A stretch of DNA of 64,000 nucleotides. Origin: Mobula hypostoma. Taxonomy: Eukaryota. Under the pieces are notes generated by a model that was not told the origin of the DNA, did not search any database, and saw only the letters and a list, made by a program, of their open reading frames with translations. The stretch lies in the NCBI RefSeq assembly GCF_963921235.1, contig NC_086097.1, forward strand, positions 77,440,001 to 77,504,000, in the 5' to 3' direction. This document shows positions 24,122 through 37,129 of this stretch, piece after piece. The translations under genes were made by a program, and so were the position numbers. Each line of letters starts with the position of its first letter. The stretch's first letter is position 1.

Positions 24122-24799
24122 GGTGGTGGCTTTCCGTCATGTCTGACAATGGCAGTGTTGTGTATGTGGCCTGGTTACACAACAATGCCATTAATAAAAA
24201 CGTTGGACACAGGAGCTAAGGTTCATGATTCTTTACTGGCAGAAACCAAACTCAGCACACATGTACAGATCAATACGAGCTTAATAGCGCATGCTCAATA
24301 CGTGCCTAATAGCGCATGCAACGACGTGTCCCTTATTATACCGTAGGCCATGCAGTACAGGCAGGAAACCTGTGCAGGAGAGTTTTTAAAGTAGAAGAGT
24401 TGTTGCACTGTGGCAGTTCCACTCCCTCTACCTTATAAGTCCAGGTCCCATGGTATGACAAAGTGGGGTTATCCATCGTTGCAGTGGATGACCATGACAT
24501 CTTCTGTGCCCTTGTCATCCACAGAACAGCCTTCACGGTCACTGGATCTCACTGTAGATCTCATTCACCTACACCACCGAGCTGATCTCACATGTTAGGA
24601 CAGGCATGTGGCTATCTCACCGAGACCACCGGCTACCCCCACCTGGTTTAACCTGCCTGTTGAAGCAGTGTACCGGTGTATGGCTGCTGTCGCATGCAAA
24701 AAGCCAATTGAAGCCACAGGTGAGAACTGAGTGTCCAGTAGAGACCAAAGGTGAGTGAGGTGTCCTGGAATGGTGTCATTGGACACCCTATATTCCCCC
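24122..24799. mobile_element. Unclassified ~680-bp insertion
   Basis: Flanked by 10-bp direct repeat ctcaaatatt (24112-21, 24800-09); splits an LTR. Confidence 0.7.
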
Positions 24800-26063
24800 C
24801 TCAAATATTACTGAAATATAAAATATACACTATAGTCTCATTTATACAAACATCTTCCAACAATTCTTGAAATGGCAGGGAATTCATATGTAGATCTGAC
24901 AGACCTTCTAAATTCAGTATATAATGTTGAGAGGAGAATAAATATTCTCAGCAGGTCTGTGTCTCGCACTCTGCTCAGGCTATGCAGCCAACAATGGAGA
25001 GGAACGTTTGTCCTTACTTTCACCAGTCTATTAGTCAACACAGTTTATATATTCTAAGTCTGACTCAACTGCAATGCAGCCAAATGTGCCATGAGTAATA
25101 TGTGATATTGAGAAGGATTCTTGTAAACTTTTGGAGAGCCCTCACCTGCCAGTAAGGTAGGCAGCCTCCTGCCAGTAAGGTGCCCAGCAAACAATGTCTG
25201 CCTTCTTTTCTTGCAGTAGGGGGATTAAGGATTTTAGCTTGCTAGGTAAGTGAGTGCCCATGAAATAAAAAGTGAACACTTTCTGGCTCAGATGTAGAGT
25301 GACTTGACATGAATGGTAGTTAATAAACAAGGGCACTCTTTGGCAACAAATTATATGTGTATGTAACTATATTATATGGAACTCTTCAGTAGTCCAGATG
25401 GGCCAGTAACAGTTCTGAGCATGAGACAATGTCAAAAGTGCAGATGACACTTCATGTAGTCAATAAACGCTTTGCTGTCAGCAATATCAGTGCAGATAAT
25501 TGGTACAATCCTGATACCATTCAGAAATTGTATTCAGTTTCTCATTGTACAATATTATATTGATTTTTTATCACCGTCGCTAGTGCTTATGCATCAGTAT
25601 TGTATAATGCATGCTAAAAACAAAGGTCAGTTTAAGAGCCTCTACATATATCTTCCATCAAGGATGTAGGGCAGATTTTAATAGAATTATGAAGTAATGA
25701 ATTAATTCATGGATCATGGCTTTCTGATTATGCTAGTTCCAAGGAACTAAGATTTGTTGAAAGCATTCAAGGACTGAGTGACCACACAGATTGTCAATTG
25801 ATAAAATATCTATCAAACTTGACAATGGTTTTTGGGATGAGGCAGGAGCAGTGAGTGTCAGGTTTACATTTTGTAAGACTTTCTCACAGGATATTAAATG
25901 AATTACATGAAGTCTGCTGTGCAGCAGATTGTGCATGTGACCTAAGGGGCAACCGACAGCTGGATTTTCCACTGCAAATCTGTCTAGATTCAAAGAAAGC
26001 TCTGCATTGTGCCTCTGGGCTGAATTTATTGCTTTCCTATAAGCCCACTGGCATACCCTTCTT

Positions 26064-26385
26064 CCATAAGCCCATAAGACCATAAAGTACAGGAGCAGAA
26101 TTAAGGCATTTTGCCCATTGAGTCTGCTCCACCATTTCATCACGGCTGATCCATTTTCCCTCCCATTCTCCTGACTTCTCCCCATAACCTTTCCTGGCCT
26201 GTCTAATTAAGAACCTATCAACCTCCGCCTTAAATACACCCAATATCCTGGCCTCTACAGCCGCCTGTGGCAGCGAATTCCACAGATTCACCACTCTCTG
26301 GCTAAAGAAATTCCTCCTTATCTTCTGTTCTAAATGGGTGTCCCTCTATCCTGAGGCTGTGTCCTCTGGTCCTAGACTCCCCTAC
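26064..26385 (-). mobile_element. CR1 3' end
   Basis: VNLWNSLPQAAVEA...FKAEVDRFLI...KGYGEK; (ccataaga) tail. Confidence 0.92.
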
Positions 26386-26797
26386 TTCCCTTTGCTATGT
26401 GAACGTGAAGAGGTACGAGGGTCAGTAAAATTTTAAAACACAACTGCCTAGAAATTGGGTTTCGGGAATTGTTGAACAGAAATGGGCATTGTATGAATGA
26501 CGATGTCATTAAGTGCACACTTTATGTCAGGTAAAGGTCAACTATGGTGAATCACATCTGGTATCACTGGTCCAATCTCCTGGTGGATGTTTTTTCACCT
26601 GTAAGTGATCTCTTGTGTCACCCTGGCTAAACTGTATGAGTAACACTTATGCTATGTCTGCTAATCAATCCATTTATCACTGAAGTTGTCTCAAAAAAAG
26701 TCAAGCCTCAAGATAACACTTGTGAAAACAAATAATTAGTTGTAGAAAAGATCTTAAAACATCTAATAGCTAAACTATCTGCCTTAAAGGAGCAATA

Positions 26798-27117
26798 CGA
26801 AGGGTGATTGATATGTTTGTGGCCTAAGGTAGAAGGAGTCAATTTTAGAAAACCTAGCACATTTATTTTTCAACATAGTCCCCTCCTACATTTACACACT
26901 TAGTCCAGCGGTTGTGGAACATATGGATTTTGGACCTCCAGAAAGTGTCCACAGCAGGAGTGATTGATAAGTTCGTGGCCTAAGGTAGAGGAGATGAGTT
27001 ACACAGCTCTCGTTACATACACGTGCAGTTCAACTCTTTTAGTGATAATACAGAAAGTTTGAAGTTAATAACTCATCTCCTTCTACCTTAGGCCACGGAC
27101 TTATCAATCACCCCTGG
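26798..27117. mobile_element. Mariner-type MITE, complete, with internal third TIR
   Basis: TA|cgaagggtgattgata...ttatcaatcacccctgg|TA; internal TIR copy at ~26955-27001. Confidence 0.92.
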
Positions 27118-27254
27118 TATAAAATTACCTGAATTAAATTGAAAGAAATTACAATAAACTTCAAAATGAACAATAACTGCTTCATTGATGAATACATATT
27201 AAGGTTTCACTGGGCAAAAATTTGAAATTTTCGTATCAGGACTGAAATTTAACA

Positions 27255-27666
27255 AAACAAAGCTGAGGGTCGAAGACTGAAGGTGGAGACCCGAAGGAGT
27301 CACGAGGGCCGAAGAAGGAGTTAGGAAAACCTGGCATCCTGGGGTGGTCCAAGGTAGGGGCCCCGATGTGAAATTGGGAATCTGCAGACAAAGATGGGAG
27401 GCCTGAAAGTGGCCTGACCATGGTTGGAGGCCAGTCTGGGTTTGTGAGTGGGATGGATGGGAAAGAAGTTTGATTTGCTCTTGGTGGATTGTTTAGTTTT
27501 TGCTACTTGTGTTGTTCTGTGAAACAGTGTGGCCATGTTACCTGTGGGCTGCCCTCAGCACATCCTTAGGTATGCCAGTTGTTAGCATAAATGATGACTT
27601 CACTGTATATCTCAATGTAAATGAGATAAATAAATCTGAATCTAAGGTGAATGTGAATCTGAATCT
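27255..27666 (+). mobile_element. 3' part of a Rex1-tailed non-autonomous element
   Basis: Noncoding body ending aataaatctgaatct...(tgaatc)n. Confidence 0.5.
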
Positions 27667-27858
27667 TCAAATAACTTGGAGCTTTCCTCTACTAACAATC
27701 TTTGTATAATCATGAAAGGCCTTGATAGAGTAGATTTGGAGAGGATGTTTCCTATGGTGGGTGAATCTAAGATCAGAAGATCACAGCCTCAGAACAGAGA
27801 GATGCCCACTTAGAACGGAAAAGAGGAGGAATTTTTTTAACCAGAGTGTGGTGAATGT

Positions 27859-29401
27859 GAGGATGTGACTAAACACATTGTTGAAGGTAAATAAGTAGAT
27901 GTAGTGTATATGTAGTGTAGTGCAAGGCATTTGACAAGGTACCCCATGCAAGGCTTATTGAGAAAGTAAGGAGGCATGGGATCCAAGGGGGCATTGCTTT
28001 GTGGATCCATAACTGGCTTGCCCACAGAAGGCAAAGAGTGGTTGTAGACGGGTCATATTCATATTCATGGAGGTTGGACCAGTGTTGCGCCTCAGGGATC
28101 TGTTCTGGGACCCCTACTCTTCGTGATTTTTATAAATGACCTGGATGAGGAAGTGGAGAGGTGGGTTAGTAAATTTGCTGATGACACAAAGGTTGGAGCT
28201 ATTGTGGTTAGTGTGGAGGGCTGTCAGAGGTTTATTTTTTATATAGGCATCCGTTAGTCTCATGAGACCATGGATTTGCACCTTGGAAAGTATCCAGGGC
28301 GCAGGCCTGGGCAAGGTTGCATGGAGGACCAGCAGTTGCCCATGCTGCAAGTCTCCCCTCTCCACGACTCCAATGTTGTCCAAGGGAAGGGCATTAGGAC
28401 CCATACAGCTTGGCACCAGTGTCGTCGCAGAGCAATGTGTGGTTAAGTGCCTTGCTCAAGGACACACACGCTGCCTCAGCTAAGGCTCAAACTAGCGACC
28501 TTCAAATCACTAGATGAATGCCTTAACCACATGGCCACGCGCCAACAGATGTTACAGCGGGACATTGATAGGATGCAAAACTGGGCTGAGAGGTGGCAGA
28601 TGGAATTCAACCCAGATAAGTGTGAGGTGGTTCATTTTGGTAGGTCAAATATGATGTCAGAATATAGTATTAATGCTAAGACTCTTGGCAGTGTGGAGGA
28701 TCAGAGGGATCTTGGGGTTTGAGTCCAAAAGACACTCAAAGCTGCTACACAGGTTGACTCTGCGATTAAGAAAGCAGACGGTGCATTGGCCTTCATCAAT
28801 TGTGGGATTGAGTTTAAGAGCTGAGAAGTAATGTTGCAGCTATATAGGACCCTGGTCAGACCCCACTTGGAGTACTGTGCTCATTTCTGGTCACCACACT
28901 ACAGGAAGGATGTGGAAATCATAGAAGGGTGCAGAGGAGATTTACAAGGATGTTGCCTGGATTAGGAAGCATGTCTTATGAGAATAGGTTGAGTGAACTC
29001 GGCCTTTTTTTCCTTGGAGTGATGGAGGATGAGAGGTGACCTGATAGAGGTATATAAGATGACGAGAGGCATTGATCATGTGGATAGTCAGCGGCTTTTT
29101 CCCAGGGCTGAAATGGCTAGCACGAGAAGGCACAGTTTTAAAGTGCTTGGAAGTAGGTACAGAGGAAGTGTCAGGGTAAGGTTTTTACGCAGAGAGTGGT
29201 GAGTGCATTGAATGGGCTGCCGGCGACAGTGGTGGAGGCGGATATGGTAGAGTCTTTTAAGAGACTCCTGGACAGGTACATGGAGCTTAGGAAAATAGAG
29301 GGCTATGTGTAAGCCTAGGTAATTTCTAAGGTAGGTACATATTCGTCGCAGCTTTGTGGGCCGAAGGGTCTGTATTGTGCTGTAGTTTTTCTATGTTTCT
29401 A
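27859..29401 (+). mobile_element. CR1 RT and 3' end
   Basis: [46 protein letters not shown]; (tttctatg)n tail. Confidence 0.95.
28233..28545 (-). mobile_element. tRNA-derived SINE with RTE-like tail
   Basis: Minus-strand 5' tggcgcgTGGCCATGTGGttaagg (A box) and agtttgagcc (B-box-like); ccttgagcaaggcacttaacc; TSD cagaggtt/cagatgtt (28225-32, 28546-53). Confidence 0.85.
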
Positions 29402-32199
29402 TGAATCTGTAGAATTCATTGCCACAGGTGGCTGTGTCATTGGGTATATTTAAGGTGGAGATTGATAGAGTCTTGATTAGTCAATTCATGAAGGGAAATG
29501 GGGAGAAGGCAGGAGTTTGGGGCTGAGAAAGAAATGGATTTGCCATGATGAAATGGAGGAGCAGACTTTTGGGCTAAATGGCCTAATTTTGCTCCTATAT
29601 CTTGGAGTCTAATGAGCCAGCTTATAAACAATACAAAATGGATATCTAAATCTCTCATTATTTAAATATGGACTTTGTCTGCCTTGTTTTTATCTTTTCC
29701 CTCTGATACAAAGAAAGAAAAGATTGAACTATTTGCTCCTGCTTCTCAGAGCATATTATCTTGGGTTCTGTGGTTAGTTGCAAAGTGATGTTGTCCGCCG
29801 ATGACCTCTGAGGAGCTTTCTCACAAGGATTCTCTGATCTTCTGCATGGGTTTCAACATTTCGGATGTCAGTTACTGTCAGGCATCAGTTCCAGAAGGTT
29901 CTGATTTTGAAAATCATTGATATCATGAAGCAGACAGAGTAGACTGATTTTCACAATGAACCAACAAGGAAGTAGCAAGCAAAGATGCAGCAAATGGTGA
30001 CAGCTTTGGTGTCAGTATAACCATGAAATCCAAGATTTTATGAAGTCCTATAGTGCAACTATGACAAAACTTCAAAAGAACTTAACTAGTTACAATTTGT
30101 TGCTGTTAAACCCTAAGCAGATATATAAGTACTTTTAAAGTAATCAATACAAAATTTCAAATGCAGGGTTCAGCTTTGTCCAATATGGTTTGTGAAAGGA
30201 ACAGGTTTTCTTAACTCCTTATTTTATGAATTAAATATTTTTATGCTTCTTATTAAAGATATAACTGACTGACAGAATTTTATGCATATCCACATAATTG
30301 AAAAAGTTATTTGTCTTTGAGTTTTGAGCATGGTTATATTTCTTTATTACTGTTTGCAGCCTCTATCTATTGTACACGAGGACAATGTTCAAATGCAATG
30401 CCATTCTGTGGCCTGTCAGCAGGGGGAACTGAAGTAAAACACAAATGAATCATGGACCATATCTAATCATCAAAGCCGCCTGCGCTCAACAATGTAATTG
30501 ACAACTTGGTTTTGATTGGCATTTTGCCATTCTGAAGGAAGTTAAGGTCAGACATCAGTTGAGACGACTAATTAAACATGGAACACCAACTCTTTAAGCA
30601 AATACTATATATTCACGATGCATTTGAGAAAGTGGAGATCAAATAGGATATTCACTTTGTAGTATAACTAACAAATATAAATGTTTTCATCAAGCAGTGA
30701 TAACTATTTTTGCTGTTACCATGTCATGACTGTTGCAAATGAAGGTTTCTGTACGAGACACCTTGGCTTAATCTACCTAATCATGCTATTGGAAAGTCTG
30801 AACGTTTTACGTATGGAATAGGTAACAAAGGAAGTTTGGCACATTCCACTTCCATCTGATGTCTAATCTGTGGTTTATAATTTTCTTATGATGTGGCACA
30901 GAGTCCAGCTGAAAGCTATCTGCGACTGAGTTCAGTTCTGATTTTATCAGCATTGCTGAAATTCCACAAACATTTCACTTCTATTCTTCCAAAACAGTGA
31001 GGAGAATCGTAAGGAGCCTAAGTAACCACTGGAATGTACCAGGCCCTGTACACTGAGTAACCAGATTTGCTTTTGGCAGGACAAAGTTTCCAGGAAGGAC
31101 TAATCTGTTGCCTAGCTGTATATCATTTCTAGAGGAATTCACCATCAAAATAAATTGGATAAGTGCATCAGTTTTTCAATGTACTTGCATATCTCAATAT
31201 ACAATTCATTCTTGTTTATAAACTTTTGCTTTTTCTCTTATCATTCCAATTACATTTAATTTGATAATTTATAAACAATAATAGACAAAAAAAGATCACG
31301 TGGTCTATACAAAACTGATCCAGACAGTGGTGGTGCCCATGTCACACCCAAGCAAGATATGCAAGGGGCAAAATATCAGATAAAAACCCAAGTTGGAACT
31401 GACATGGATAACTTTATTCACCGTTACTCTGAGCCAATCCTATGATCTACAGACTCATTTTCAGGACTCTTTACAACTCGTTCTCAGTACTATTTTTATT
31501 TACATATTGGTGTTTGTCAGTCATGTGTGTTTCTCCTTTTACCTGTAGATGCCTGGAAGAAAGTGAATCAGAAGTTAGTGACTATGTGGTAACATACTAT
31601 ATACAGACATGGATAATAAATTTACTTTATACTGATATATGGTTTTATATCCTTGCTTCAGCAATAACTGTCTGCTTTCATGGCCAAACAGGTTTCAGGG
31701 GCTCAGTAGTCTAATTCTGTTCTTGTGCAGTGAACAATGGAAAATAATTATATGCTGCTATTAGCCATTGTACAAGAGGCAATTGCTTTTATGTCTGTAT
31801 TGCTCGCTGTGTAACCACTTCATTCCACTCTCTGCCATTGCCTTACCTTTTACTATCTCACTGCACTGTTGTAATGAATTTAGCTGTATGAATGGTATGC
31901 AAGACATTTTTCACTGTGTCTCGGTACATGTAACAATAATAGACTAACGTTACCAATTAAAGACATCTCACACTGCTTATTCATGGGAACTTCATGGCAG
32001 AACCAGCGGGAACCAGAGAAAGAACCTGAAAAAGACTCAGAGTCTCAACTGTCCATTCCCTTTTCTGGTCCTTCCTCTGCATGCCTGATAATGAGATATG
32101 CTTCATGCATGCACGGCTCTCAGCAGCTTATCACCTCAAAACAGAGCCAAGGGTAGAAGAGAGGGCCAAGGGTAGAATCGGAAGAGTAAGGGTTTCATA

Positions 32200-34120
32200 G
32201 ACAGGAGCCACAGGAAAACAGTCAGACCTAAGCTGCAGGAGGCAGGTAGCTGGGTGAGGGTCAGGAGAGAGCAAGGAACAGTGCAGAGTACCCATGTGGT
32301 GTTCTACTCAATAACAAATATACCTCTTTGGATACTGTTGGTGTAGGATGAAACCTACCAGGGGAAAGCTATTGTGACCAAGTCTCTAGCACTGAGTCTG
32401 TCTCTGTGGCTCAGAAGGGAAGATGGGAGAAGAGGAGGGTGGTAGGATAAGGAATTTAATAGTTAGGGGAACAGACAGCAGGTTCTGTGGATGTGAAAGG
32501 GACTCTCTACGTTCAGGGATGTCTCAGATCAGTTCCACAGCTTTCTTAAGGGGGAGGGTGAGCAGCCAGAAGTTGTGGTACATACTGTTACCAACAACAG
32601 TAGTATGAAAAGGGATCAGGAAACAAAGAGAATATATAAGGAGCTGGGTAGGAAGCTGAATAGCAGGGCCTCAAGGATAGCAATCTCTAGATTGTTGTCT
32701 GTGCCAAACACCAGTGAGGGCAAGAATAGGATGATATGGCAAATTAATGCAGGGTTGATAATTGATGTAGGGGACCAAGTTTCAAATTTGTTGATCATTT
32801 GGATGTCTTCTGAGGAAGGTATGACCTGAACAAAAAGGACAGGTTACACCTGAACTCAAGGGGGACCAGAATCCTCGAGGGCAGGTTTCTAAGAGCTGTT
32901 GGGGAGGGTTTAAACTAGGTTGGCAGAGGGATGGGAACCAGAGTGGTAGGTCAAAGGATGAAGCAGTTGGTGTAACAGTAGATGCAATGTGTAGAGAGAC
33001 TGTGAGGAAGGGTAGGCAGTGGATAGGGCATAAATGCAGTCAGTTGGATGGGTTGAAATATGTCTATTTAATGCAAGAAGTATCAGGAACAAGGGCGAAT
33101 GACTTAAAGCATGGATCAGTGCGTGAAATTTCAATGGGGCCATTATAGAGACTTGGCTGTCACAAGGCAGGAATGACTAATGCATGTTCCATGGTTTAGA
33201 TTTTTCAAAAGGGACAAAGAGGGAGGTAAAAGAGGTGGTATTGCTAATCAGGGATAGTGTCATAACTGCAGAAAGGGAAAATGTCCTGAGTCAAAGAAGG
33301 TGGAAGTCAAAATCAGGAAGGGAACAATCTCTCTTTTGTGAACTTTCTATAGACCATCGCCTCCCAGTAGCATCACAGACTGAGGAGCAGATCAGAAGGC
33401 AGTTATTGGAAAGGTGAAAAAATAATAAGGCTATTGTCGTGGGTGACTTCAACTTCCCTAATATTGATTGGCAGCTCCTTAGTGCAAAAGGTTTAGATGG
33501 TGGGGGGTTAAGAGGAAGAAATCAGCATACTTAAGGCTTAGGAAGCAAGGATCAGACAGGGCTCTAAGGAGTTACAAAGCAGACAAAATGGAGCTGAAGA
33601 AGCAACTTAGGAGAGCTAGAAGTGGACAGGAGAAGTCCTTGGTGAGTAGGATTAAGGAAAATTCCAAGGCATTCTGCACATACGTGAAGAACAGGAGAAT
33701 GACTAGAGTGAGGGTAGGATCAATCAGGGATGAAAGAAGAAAATGTGACTGGAATTAGAGGAGGTACATTGGATCCTTAATGAATACTTTACTTCAGTAT
33801 TCACCAGTGAGAGAGACCTTCATGAGTATGAGGGCAGTGTAGAACCGGCCAACATGCTGGAATATGTTGACATTACGAAAGAGGATGTACTGGAACATTT
33901 GAAAAACATTAGGATGGATAAGTTTCCGGGGCTGGAAAAGATATAGCCCAGGTTATAATGGGAAGTGAGGGAAGAGCTTGCTGTGTCTTTGGTGATGATC
34001 TTTGCATTATCCCTGTCCTCAGGAGTAGTATCAGAAGACAGGGGGATTAAAAATGTTACTGCTTTGTTCAAGAAAGGTAATAAGGATAATCCTGGAAATT
34101 ATAGACCATTGACTCTTATG
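32200..34120 (+). mobile_element. CR1 5' region: ORF1 (SGNH-esterase-like) and ORF2 endonuclease/RT start, decayed
   Basis: IVRGTDSRFCG, VHTVTNN, LHLNSRG; YFNARSIRNK, GDFNFPNIDW, FKKGNKDNPGNYRP. Confidence 0.88.
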
Positions 34121-34189
34121 AACCATGACACCTACTTGTTAATATCATACCCATACATGCATTTCTGAGATTAAATGGAAAGAAGTTAT

Positions 34190-34686
34190 CATAATGGTTC
34201 CAAGAATAAGAAATTTCAGCTAGACTATTTGACTGAGGTCGCTCTTCTCGGAGCAAAGTAGACTGAGAAAAGATCTAATATAGAAATACAACCTTGTGCT
34301 GTGTTTTCAGAGCAGCTATTCTCTTTACAAAATTGCTCAGAAGCAGGAGGCACAGATTAACTTTTTATTTTAGTTTAGTTTAATTTAAAGTAAATGTCAT
34401 GGACGGAAGTTATGGTGTGGTGGGAGTATGGGTGGAGGGGGGCAGGAAAACTGGGAAAATATTTGCACTGAGAATGGCATCATTTCAATTTTACTGCTTT
34501 GAAGAACAGTTAAGTGGTGTCAATCAGAGCTTTTGGAAGGGAATTGGATAGGCATGATGGAAAATAATTTTCAGATCAGAGGGGAAATTGGGGTGATTGT
34601 ATTGACCGTTAGGGATTACAAAGAGCTATCACTGACTGGAGAGACCAAAGGGACTCCTTCTATGTGGTTTTGATTCTATGATTCTG
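34190..34686 (+). mobile_element. Old CR1 3' fragment
   Basis: Decayed ttctcggagcaaagtagactgaga and aggaggcacaga motifs; (attctatg) tail. Confidence 0.55.
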
Positions 34687-34774
34687 AGTAATTCATAGAA
34701 TCAAAGACTGAGTAATTACAGTCCTTAAATGTTATCAAAAATTGCCAGGAGACCTTGAAAGTTTAACAAAATGT

Positions 34775-34940
34775 ACAACACATGCAAAATGCCAGAGGAA
34801 CTCGGGAACCTTAATTTAGTCATCTCATCCTGATGAAGGTTCTTGGCCTGAATCATCGACTGCTTGCTCCTTTCCATAGATGCTTTCTAACCTGCTGAGT
34901 TCTGTATGGATTTCCGGCATCTGCAGAAACTCTTCTGTTT
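34775..34940. mobile_element. Penelope pseudo-LTR fragments in inverted arrangement; decayed hammerhead at 34830-34862
   Basis: acaacacatgcaaaatgccagaggaactc (minus) next to ctgatgaaggttcttggcctgaatcatcgactg (plus). Confidence 0.7.
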
Positions 34941-34944
34941 AAGG

Positions 34945-35640
34945 GAATCTTGATCATTTATGCAAGTGGGCTAAGAAATGGCAAATGATGTTCGGTCCAG
35001 ATAAAGACGAGGTGTTACATTTTGGTAGGACTTTCACAGTGAACAGTAGGGCCCTGGGGGAGTGTTGTAGAACAGAGGAACTCCAGAGCCCGAGCACATA
35101 GTTCCCTGAAAATGTCACCACAGGTAGACTTTGTAGTGAAAAAGAAACTTGGCATGCTGGCCTTTATCAGTCAGGGCTCTGAATATAGGAGATGGAACAT
35201 TGTGAGCCATTGTTTAAGATCTTGGCGATGTTGTATCTGGAATATAGTGTCCAGTTTTGGTTAATCAGTCATAGAAAACACATTATTAAGCAGAGATAAG
35301 TTGAAATAACATTTGCCAGAATGTTGTTAGGACTTGATAGTCTAAGTTACTGGGAGAACTCAGACTTTATTCTTTGGAATATAGTAGACAGAGGGATGAA
35401 CCTATAGAGGTGTTCAAAGGTTAAAAAGATAGGTACACGGATTGGAAAGGTTCAGATCATGAGTTCCCAATCTGGGATCCACAGACCCCTCTGTTAGTTG
35501 TTGGGGTCCAAGGCATAAAAAGGCTTGGGAACCCTGCTTTAGGTGGATATGGGCCAAATGCAAGCAAAATAGGGCTACCTTAGATTGGCATCTTAGTCAG
35601 CATCGATGAGGTGAGTCACAGGACCTATTATTGTGCTGAT
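34945..35640 (+). mobile_element. CR1 3' fragment, decayed
   Basis: WAKKWQM, VLHFGR, GMLAFISQG, LEYSVQFW; gatatgggccaaatgc in the 3' region. Confidence 0.8.
35458..35536. mobile_element. ~80-bp hAT/Charlie-type MITE inside CR1
   Basis: catgagttcccaa...ttgggaaccctg termini; internal gacccc/ggggtc palindrome; decayed 8-bp TSD. Confidence 0.65.
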
Positions 35641-37129
35641 CCCACTAAACTAAAAGGGGAAGTAATACTGAAACTCCTGGGATGTGTAATCAAATGGAAG
35701 ATACTTGAAGAACGTCGTCGTATGATGGCATCTAAAAGAAAGGAAAAGAAAATAATGTGAACAGTCAAGCGTAACTAAAAACATATAGAAGATGACATAA
35801 GAGACTGCAGGTACTGGAATCTGGAGCAACGTACAATCTGCTGGAAGAACACAGCCAGTCAAACAGTAATTATTGATGTTTTGGGTCAAAATCTTGCATT
35901 AAGACTGGACTCCATATTAACAGAGGACTCTGAGCTGATTAAACAGAAACCAAAATGCATCCGAAGAATTCTGGTTGAAGCCTCATGAAGAAACATCTTT
36001 TCAAGTTGATGCATTCGTTAGATTAGAGAGTTGTGGTAAGCAACCTCTTTCATCATTACCTTGATGAGGGAGTGCTTGTAGCCCATTCCAACTGTAAAGC
36101 ACATTTCTCATATAAAGAAAATATGGTGAAGGAACGGACCAAGGAAATAAATCCAATTGTAAACAATGTTCCAGTCTTTTATATTTATATTAATCACTTC
36201 ACTGTGGAAAACTTGTTTCTCTTCAGAGTCTCTGAACAAAATACTTATTCATGGGAACAAACTTTGAAGTTACACTTGTTTCATTTGAAGTAGTTCACAA
36301 GGATTTCAGGTTATTGGGTTAGATTACACAGAACACAACTGCGAGTCTCTCACAAACTAGGCAACTACTTCCACAAATTGCACATCAAAGTTGAGAGTCG
36401 CTTTTTATGGTTTGACTGGAAGAATTTAAATTTACTGGGTTAGCCAAAGGATACCTTTATGAATAGACATACAAAACTATGACATGAACACTGAGATACT
36501 TGGCCAGTAAATCTAGTCTGTTCCTTTCAGATGGTGAAGATTAGATTTTATGACTTAGTGATACTGTCAAATAGTGACACTACCTAGACAAAATTTCAAC
36601 GGATATTTTATTTTGGAATTACATATTTTATGATCTATTATACTGCCCTCAGTTCAGAAGCCTATATAATATAGATCATGAGTTATGCCAAAGTCCAAGT
36701 AAACTTATTATCGAGAGAGAGAGATCATGGGCTCGTGCCCCGTCTCTAGGCTTCTTGGCCTTGAGGCCACACACTTCATTTGAAGCCTCCCAGAACACCC
36801 TCGGAAACAGTAAAGTGCCAGATCGCTCAATCAGCCCAGTAACACACCACCAAAATGTGGATCACTTGCACCAACTGTAGCAGAACCACATTTGAAAGAA
36901 GACATAAAAGAAGAGAAAGAAGTAGTTTCATAAAAAATCTGGAGGTTAACAATCCCCGTTTACTTTTCAAATTGGACATCTATCCTCTGCCTGGTGTGGC
37001 CTAGATAACTTTTCAACCTCTTGCTCTGTATCTGTAATGTTCCTTTCGAAGAGGTCTTCCTTCATTTTCCCTTTGTGATGAGAACTCTTGATGAGGATGA
37101 TTTGGACCCCAGTGCTGGAGTATCCATGG

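Larger units (their letters stand above)
23222..24834 (-). mobile_element. TRIM-like internally deleted Gypsy derivative with two LTRs
   Basis: LTR copies at 23222-~23400 and 23896-24834 (interrupted); PBS tggcaacaagga at 23883-23894; near-TSD gactc/gtctc. Confidence 0.7.
27706..29610 (+). mobile_element. CR1 3' fragment split by a second CR1 (host parts ~27706-27858 and ~29402-29610)
   Basis: ...ttttaaccagagtgtggtgaat continues as tgaatctgtagaattcattgccacag at 29402. Confidence 0.8.

Noticed and set aside
28480..28545. tRNA gene
   Set aside because: A/B-box-like head of a SINE with body, tail and TSD; no complete cloverleaf
31325..31337. cagtggtggtgcc as the missing left TIR of the hAT ending at 50499
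   Set aside because: About 16 kb from the transposase, and the flanking 8-mers (gatccaga vs agtaaaaa) do not form a TSD
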